A stretch of 64,000 nt of DNA from Carcharhinus amblyrhynchos (Eukaryota). The DNA is taken from NCBI GenBank assembly GCA_965287045.1, contig OZ336885.1, positions 62,806,001-62,870,000 of the forward strand, in the 5' to 3' direction. Shown one piece after another: positions 53,921 to 63,300 of this stretch (position 1 is its first letter; each line of letters opens with the position of its first letter). The notes under the pieces were generated by a model. The model was not told where the DNA came from, did not search any database, and was given only the letters and a program-made list of their open reading frames with translations. The position numbers and the translations under genes were made by a program.

Positions 53921-56900
53921 TGTCACATAAGGAGCCAACTTTGGCTTAGAATGTGCGTTGTGAGATAGAAGAATGAACTGTACCTCAAATCGGAATAAAT
54001 GTCTTAAGTGAAAAAAAAACAGAGAATCACAGTACACCTCAGATGGGAAGTTGTTGTTTGACACAGGCACAAATAAAATTGAGCGGAGTGGTGTTGGAAC
54101 TGTGTTTCACTATTGGAGATTTAAACAGTGCACGAAAGTAAATAGTGTTCAGTTTGACAGATTGTATAAGACTAGGTCACAAACTGATTGCCGTATTCAA
54201 GAAAGGAATTGGTAATACTCTGGGGTATTCTCCATGCTGTGGCAGGAAAATGTTTGTTCGATTACTGGAATCAGCGATCGCATGTATTTTCAAAATTGTG
54301 TTTTTCTGACCCGTGGAAAAAAAAACAGGAGTTCATTACAATTATTTCAGAATGGTCGATTTTTATCCCCATGTTTCGTGCGCTAGTACTCAACAGGATA
54401 CACACAGATAGTAAAATTTCGGACTCTAAGTATGAACATTACTTCCAATGTTGACAAGAAAATCACGACAAGCAATAACTTAAAACAAGCATAGATTTTT
54501 ATTTTAAGTTACTTTCCAGAATTGGCCAAGTGGCAAGAAAGTTTAAAGGATGCAGGTAAACACTGAACTCCGTTGAACAATGACTGTTCCAATGTTTTTT
54601 TTTCATAAGTGCAATCTCTCTTTAAATTTAGTTCGTACTGCATGTAACTGTTGCATGTCTAACGTATCAAAAACATGGTATTAACACATAAAACCCAAGA
54701 AATTTCATATCATCAAGGAAAAATAACAAATAGTCACGAAGGAACGGACATAATCCATTTTTCCAATTTGTCAGCTCACAAAAATAATTATGTTTTCGTA
54801 CATTAACAAAGTACTACCTAATTCGACCATTGTACCCACTCAAAAGGGAAGCTGATATGCCACAATCTGTGGTGCACGTGCTTGAATTTGACATTCCTGA
54901 GAAATGTGTCTGATTTTAAGGAGATAATAATGTCGGAAAATAATTTAAAAATGCATATATACCAAGACAAACCGGATTTTTCTGAGTGACATGATTTGTT
55001 CAACAAACATTTTCATCACTAATGTATTGAGAAGGCTGATGATTGTTATTGATGGATGATCCCAAATTTTGTTCATTGTAGCGAATCCATTTTTACGCCA
55101 AGGGACGAGGTTGAGATTAAGTGTGTCCTTTCGGAGAGTCAGTGATGTCTTCCATGCCTATATGACATTCCAAAAGTATTTGCAAAACATCATAGATAGC
55201 AATTAATTCCAATTCCATGACGTTCAGCCTTGTTCTGGCTTTTTCATTGCCGAAACAATACTTGATGCCCAATAACCAGCACAGTTTCATGTTGGCTGGC
55301 GTCCAGACTTTGTAATTAGTTACCTTGCGATAAATTAAATTGTGATTTATGTACATGCAAGGCCTATTATTCGACAGATAAATACGAACGCCCTCCAGCC
55401 GTCCACTCATAAGCACGTGGAAATAGACAAACACGGCAGTACTTCCTGACACTCCCACCAATAAGCACCTTTATCCCTGACACATGGATAGGCAATAACT
55501 CGCGGCGAAGTAACATCTTGTTTTGCAAAATGGCATACTTGTGTTCAAACTACTTCGTAGCGGTTTAGCTCTTTTCTCTGAATTATACTCCAGAGACGTT
55601 TCTCCAGCTAATAGTGCTGCATCCTTTTCATGGTTGAGTGACTGTGATTTCACTTGCCATTGCCTCAGCTCTGTTTTTCCCTTTTTAGCTTTCTGCAGAG
55701 ATCTCTGCTTTTCTGGTGATAAGCAATTATTAACACGGGTGAATTGGTTGCAAATTTTATCTGTGATGGAAAAAATAAAATCTAAAGGATTGTTTTCACA
55801 TTATTCGTGTGATCACTGCACTCCTGATACATTTAATAATTTCCTTGAGAGTCGACACATTATGAAATCATTTAGCCGTTGCTGTGAATCGTTTAACATG
55901 ACCTTATGTGTAAAACCCTCCATTACATAGATTTTGGAGTTTTGGAATTTGTGCGATTGGTAAAATTGAAAACTCAAATGCAAATTTGGAAGGTAGTTGA
56001 TTCTCATTTTTCTGCATATAACTCAGGTGATGGAAAAGTATAAGTGAATGAAAGGATAATGTTTCATCTGGGACCTCCCGAACGTTTTCCAGGACATACT
56101 ATCTTCCGCCATGCGGAAGAGTATTTTTTTCACAAGAGAAAACGGCAAATGCATTTGCCTATGACAGCAAAATCTGAACAACTCCCTATTATCCTGAAGA
56201 AAATATTACAAAAAAGTAATAACTGTTCCATAACAGGGCTCTTTCAACACTTACGTAAGAACAGGTGCTCACGTTCTTAACGATGCTGTTCAACTGGAAT
56301 AAATAATCTAACAGCAAGCTATCTTTTTCAAAAAAAAACAAGCTAGGATTTGTACCGCAGGTTCGCTTCTAATTTGTCTGCTTGGTGTACATCGATATTT
56401 ACTGTTTCATTTCGCCGTTCGGGAAATAAAAGCCGCTCCTTGAAATTCCAGCTTTTTTTTTAGCCAGATGACAGATTTCAAGCTCTCCACGAAACAGCAT
56501 TCTTGTTCGTTAAATTGCCGATGACCCGATCATCGGTTTGAATCTGTCGTGCCAGTTTTCCAGCCCATGCCATGCTAAATTTGCTAAGCCAGGTTAAATG
56601 CTTTTTGAATCTTTCGTCACTTCGCAGGAGTTCAACTTCGTAAATTACTGATATCGTGCTTTGAATGTTTTTTTTTCCCTGACTGATTTTGGGATTTGTT
56701 TCAGAAATATGCCTTATAAAAGGCATTTTTGTTTTCCGGTATTTTCTTTAGTATCTGCAAATCGAATACTGATATCGCGTATGATGTTCTATGTATAAAA
56801 TAATACAAATGCATAGATTTGGCAAAAATGATGCCACTTGGACAATTAACATTCTCCCAAAAATGTTACTGATATTTCGCCCTTGCAGAAGAAAAATTGA

Positions 56901-59900
56901 AAGGTAAAGAGAAAGGTTATTTTATGTCAATTAATGTTTGTTGATATATTGAAAATGAACCTGGTAGTGGGAACAAAAAATTCGATGCCCATGAATGTGT
57001 GATATGCAGGAATATATATTCGCTGCTATTTGTATAGGATTAAGTTACGGCATAGGATATAATAACCTGCCAATCAACTGATCAGTACATCAGAAAGTGC
57101 TTCGTACACTTATGCCAATGCCCGACTGCACCATCGCTAAAATTTAATGACCGTTCGGTCGCACATAGCTCCTAATTGCAGTGAAACTGCAATTCTCAGT
57201 CGTTATGAATCAATCCTGTAGCATTTCCATCATTATATTTGAGTTCCGACATGGAAAAAAAATCTTCCAACAAAATGAGGCTTCAGTGGCGAAGCTGTCG
57301 ACTTCCTTTTCACACTGATACAGCAAACATTTTTTTCAAGTGTTTATTTTTTTCATAACTGTGGCAATATTAGCATTGATTTTTCACCATATACCCAAAT
57401 AACTGCACTTTACACACAAAGACCATTGTGTGCCTCGCAAGTATCAAAAAGAACAGGTGTGTTTTATTTAGTTCCAGTCATTGCTAACCTGCCTCCTCAC
57501 TTACCAAACATCCTTTCGATCTTCATTTTGTTTTTCATTTGCTGTGTTAACTGTCAGTAGCTGTTTCGTCAAATGTCACGTGTTTCCTGCACAGCCGACT
57601 TGTGCAAATGCAAAGTTCCTTCAAATGTGTTATTTCAAAACGCACATTGCCAAAACAAGCCATCGTCACATTCCGGATTGGACAAACACTGTGACTGCAG
57701 TAGTCATTATCAACACAAAGTAAATTCTGATATACTTGGTTAACCACATGGAACATGTGCCAGTACTTCATCGTAAGTGTTTTTTTTTATTGTATTTCAC
57801 AGCGGCAATATCCGAAGCTAGAGAGAAAGGTTCGTACAGATACCGCCTCAGAGCTGGTCGGGTCAAAACCGCCCCTTAACTGCCACTCATGAATGTCAGC
57901 TATTGCAACATTTTTCGATTCGACTTCAAGCTTTCAGCTCTGAAGTGGCTCTAAATGCACTTTTGTAGACAATACCAAAGCAGTCCCATGCAGCTGTATC
58001 AATGAAATTGTGACCGGTGGTCTGGTGATCAAAACAAACTAGAGTTGTTGTTCTATAAACATGAGAATTCTAAAGAAGAGTTGGATACAGAAAACCAGGA
58101 TATTATCCGTGGAATGTTTGCGGTGGTGTTCGGACAAAAAATATTGAGCAAGTTATCCATCTCGACATCTCCTGAAATCGTGAACAACAGCAAGTATGGT
58201 GTCCTCTTCAATTTGCGAGATAACTGATAATTCTGCAGGCAGAATTAACAATAAAGGATAAATGATTTGGTTTGATTGAGGTATCGTGATAAACGTGTGC
58301 ACTCCAACAAATGCCGTAAGCCGAGACAGGTATGCACAAAGGTTGTTATGTTTGCCTTCGTATGAACATTAACTCAGAATAAATGCAATCTCTATTTCCC
58401 TGCCCAATCATTCTGCGCTCATTAAAAATGACATGCCGATCACATGCGCCTCTTCCCCGGCTCTAAAGTTATAGGGCCACAAAATTCACCTTCTCACAGA
58501 AGCAATTTGGTAAGAGATTCGCTAGTAAACCGCGAATGTCATTATTAATATGTTCCAAAGCTGTGTCGTGTTAAGAGGTGTTTCAACTCTCACTGGCCCT
58601 TTATTCAGTGCACTTTTTGACCGAATGTCCTGCTGATAAAACTGATGTCAATTTCAGAAGGCTAATATCTCTATTTGTGACGATGACGAGAATGATACCT
58701 TGCTGAGAGGGATGAGGGCGGGGGGTTGGGGGGTTGGGGGGTGGTGGGGGGAGGGTGGACTTCCACCGTGTGCCCACGCATCATACAGAGAGGCAGGTAG
58801 CTTTTGCTGCTCGAGTATTCCAAATCAATCACGTAATCAGACATATGCCAAGATAGTTTTTTTTTCTGAACCCCCTGACCTAGACAATTTAACATGTTCA
58901 TCAATGTTTTCAGTCACTTAAATCTTCATATTACAGCTTACTAATTATTAAATCCGCTTTTTTTGCTTTCATTATTCCGAATAGAACTAAACTCACATGG
59001 TCCAATATTGCAATGTACCGACGGCAGTTAGTTGTGGATGACGAATATGTAAGCAATCTTCGACTCAGAGAGGTGATAGATAGTGACCGATCCCAACCGG
59101 TGAGAAGCTCGGCATTTGTTGTTGACATTCAGAGCGCATTAAGTTGCGTGAACTAATATCAGCAATACTCTGCATAATACGACTAACGATAATACCAGCT
59201 CCATTGGATATAACAACAGCGTGTCTTTCGTAGAAGGCCAAGGATTAGGAATTCTGACAGACACTTCTCACCTATTATTCCACTAATTCAGGTAAAGCAC
59301 ACCGTTCAAAGCATACCACACAAACAGAGTTTGCTGTTCGAAAGTTCCAGTTCAAACATTTATTCAGACATATGCTACTGTCAGGGAAGATTTTGACTTG
59401 CCTAGATGACTGTTTAATCAAATCTCTCAAGCAGAATGACATCACCGAGGATCATGCACGCTGCTTGAAATAGACAACTATAAAAAATCAGTGATTCGCT
59501 CCTTCAGCACGTTAGTGAAGAACGCAGACTAATAAGTGTAACATTAATTGCAGAAACTCAATAAATCGCCTTCCACATCCCATATCAGACACAAAACATC
59601 TCCTTGCTAGAAGGAAAATAACAACAAATAAAGACAACTTGCGGCAAAATGGAGATTGGCCTGAAGACAAGGTATTGAGTATGATAGTAGAAATTGCTCT
59701 GATTATTTTCAATCTGCGTCACAATTGATGACTTATATGTTGGAATCGTGAGTGAGCAAATTCAAATTGTTTCCGTTCAAGGAGAAAGTATAATTTCTTT
59801 TTTCATATGGGAAACATGTTTCAATGTATTCACGTAAATTCCCAGTTATAAGTGAACACATTTTGCATTAATTTCAAATATGTATTCATATTGGCTTTCA

Positions 59901-60309
59901 AGGATCTTTTTATTTAGGATACCTGACATGCTTATTGCAGTGTAGAGTAAACATTTAGGTGTATTTAAATTGTAACTTTATTACATTAGTTGTTCATAAG
60001 CTGTGCTTGTACATTTTTTTTTGCTCGGAACAGATGACACAATAAACGAACTAAAAGGAAGTATGTAAAATATTTTTTTTTTAAATAATCGTTCCGACGA
60101 TGAGAAAATGTAATTGTATGACTTATTTTTGTTTATTATAGGAAATAAGCCTTTGTAAATAAACAATCGTATTTTAAAAGTTCGGTAATATTTCGATTTT
60201 ACAAAATGAAAAAAATAATGTGAATAAATTCTACTCGTACAGAGATAGATCAAAATGGATTGCTCCATACATTGATTCTAATTGAAAGTCCAAAAACAGA
60301 TGCATTGCA

Positions 60310-60381
<72 letters not shown>

Positions 60382-63300
60382 TACACACAAGAGTAAACGC
60401 GGAAAGCAAAATGAGGGAAAAAGAAAACGTATAATCAAAGAAAGTATTGATAAGAAGCATTGTAACATGATTTCTTCTGTATTTCCCACAGAATACGCAA
60501 AAGCTAGCCATTTTTCCTATGTGTTAATGTTTTCCAGCATTTCTTCGTTGACTTTGCAGTTTTTTGTGCACAATTACAGTTTCCATGTTGTGATGGAATT
60601 ATCTGGAAAGAGAAGGAAATATTTTGATGTTGTTGAATACAAAAAAGATAGGAATGATAAACGAGCATCAGCACATGTGTAATGTGTGTGTACGTGTGTG
60701 TGTGTTTGTTTGCATGTATGTGCAGTTGTGGAACTGCTAATTCGTAGAGACAAAACTATGTGCAAGTCACAAGTGCTGGTGAATCTGATCACGGATTTGA
60801 ATTAATAAAGGAATATCGCACAGAGGAAGATGAACTAAAAAATATTACATTAGAAGAATACCAACCTCATATAGCCGAATAGAGGTTTGGATGGAGAAAT
60901 AAGTGAAAGGATAATAATTGGGAAAAAAAACAAACAATAAGCAGAAACAAAATATGCCAAACAACTTGAGAGACACACAGACCATCTTGCTTAAAGTAAA
61001 AACTTTATATTTCCAACATTATTTAAAAATGAACAATAGAATATGGTCCCCGTTACAGGACACGCAGGGTAGAAAGCATAGTCCTCCAAAGGAGCAGGTT
61101 GCAAGTGTCAGCGCGAGTGGGCGGACACGACCACTAAGGACTCAGAGTCGTGTTCAACAGCGGTACAGCTTTGTCTTAACGTCGACAGAGGTGCAGTCAG
61201 GACATACAACAGAACTGTCCCGAAAGCACTCAAAAGGCCCGCTGCAAGATACAGATATACTGAAACTTTGACACATTGTATGATTCAAATGTTAATGTTT
61301 TGTTTACAGTATTCGACTCTGACCATTCTGTTTCGATGTTTTCAAGTATCGTTACGAAGATTTTAAGCGCATGTTATTCGTTTTTGTCTGTTGGGTTTAT
61401 CAATGGTCTAGAATTTCCAAGCTTTTAACAATGGGTGTTTGGTGGATCTCAGGAAATCTGTGAGGTCAGGGAGGCTTCCTTAGTTAAGTTAATCCTTAGG
61501 TGAATCCATAAAGGTTTACTTGATTAGATCAGTGGTGCTGATTTGATTAGATGGGGGTGTATTTTTAATTTAGTTTCTGTAAGTGCCATTCTGTCCAGTT
61601 TGCTTTGTGTGCTAGCCCTCGTTTGCATTTTAAAAACATGCCTTTTTGCCTGCTTGTCAGGATCCGTTCCCTTGGGATCTTTAGTGGGGAGGTTCTGAGT
61701 GCAGCTTTAGTCTTCCATATTGTGCTCCCAATTTCGGAAAAAAAACGTTGTCCGATAACAGAAGAAATAAATGTGATAGTTGCTTCAAGCACAAAAAATT
61801 TTGCACTAAATCACTTGAGAACGAATGAGAAAGGGAATGATGGATTAAAAAAAGAACTAAAGCAATATAATTTTACTGTGCCGGAAATGTAAATTCATTA
61901 CCTTTGAACGGCATTCAAGGATTACAGTGGAGTGAGGGATTTTCTCTGGGGAAATAAAATCAAATATAACGTGAGGCGTGGAAGGAAGATCAGTGGAGGG
62001 GATCGAATTCCTTAACCTATATTGTACTGTTAGATTATAGAACGTGCATCTCATCGTGCTCAACCCAGCAGTAGCAGACTCATATTGGGGGATTTAATTC
62101 CAGTGAAAAATAACACAGAGTAAAGCAATGTACAGAAGAAGAACAGATTTTTTGACCCTTCAAACCTGTTCCAATCATGATGACCTATTTAATTAATAAA
62201 ATAAAAACATTCCGCCCTCACTCTCTCCACAACCCTATATTCCATCTCTACACGTGCACCCACATAGATGACACTTAAATGTTGCTGATGTGTTCGTTCC
62301 CACAATCTCTTCTGGCAGTGTGTTACAAACATGAACAATTGACACGAAAACATTCTTCCGCATATTTCACTTTAATGTCCCCCCCCACCTTGAAGCCGTG
62401 CCCACTTCTAATTGAAAATTCAACCCTGGGAAAACGACTTTGGTTATCCATCCTGACTCTGTCTCTCATAAATTTATGACAACGTTCCTCGACCCCCGGA
62501 TGTCCGGTGAAAAGATTCCTTGGTTATTCAACCTCACATCATGGTCAACAGCCTCAAGACCAGAAAAAGTAACGGTGATTTTTTTTGGCCCTATCTCCAA
62601 AGCTTCCACGTCCAACTGGTCAAGTGGCAACCAGAACTGCACGCGGTACTGGAAATGCGTCCTAACCATGACTTTATGTTGCTACGAAATGAATTCCCAA
62701 CTGCTGTACTAAATGCTCCTCTTGCATACTTTCCACGGTCTCTAGAAAAGTGACTTGTGATTCAATAGTGGTGAGCAGGCAAGATAAATTCCTTATTCGT
62801 GGAAGTCCGGAAATGCATTTGTAGCACAGACTGGTCAGTCATTAGAATTTCAACGATGGGTATTCTTTGATATTCTCTAAGCAGAGTAATAATCATCCGT
62901 CACATACCAATGTGAATGTCAATTAATGTGTCGAAACGGATTTTTAAAAAGGTAGACTTTTTTTTCCCAGAATCCACGAACAGCATTTCATGGAATGGGC
63001 AAAAAGAAAGTGAGACACTATTGAGAAAATATGTTGAGATCAACTGATAACAGGATCTATTCGATGCAAATAACATGACGTTGGCAAAATGTGGGAAAAA
63101 TAAACCGCGTTCGACAATCTAAAACTCGCTGATTCAGGAAAATAATTTGTGTGACGGAGCTGAGCGTTAATTCAAATTGAATCAAGAAAAGGGCCTTAAT
63201 CAAAAAGTCGCGAATTAGGGCGACTGCAGAAGCTGACTTGGGACACATTGGAGCATAGGGTAGATGTGCAGAACATTAGGGAGTATTGCAGAAAGGAGAA

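Noticed and set aside
61310-62100. Possible solo LTR
   Set aside because: Only a general resemblance; no clear TG..CA ends or TSD.
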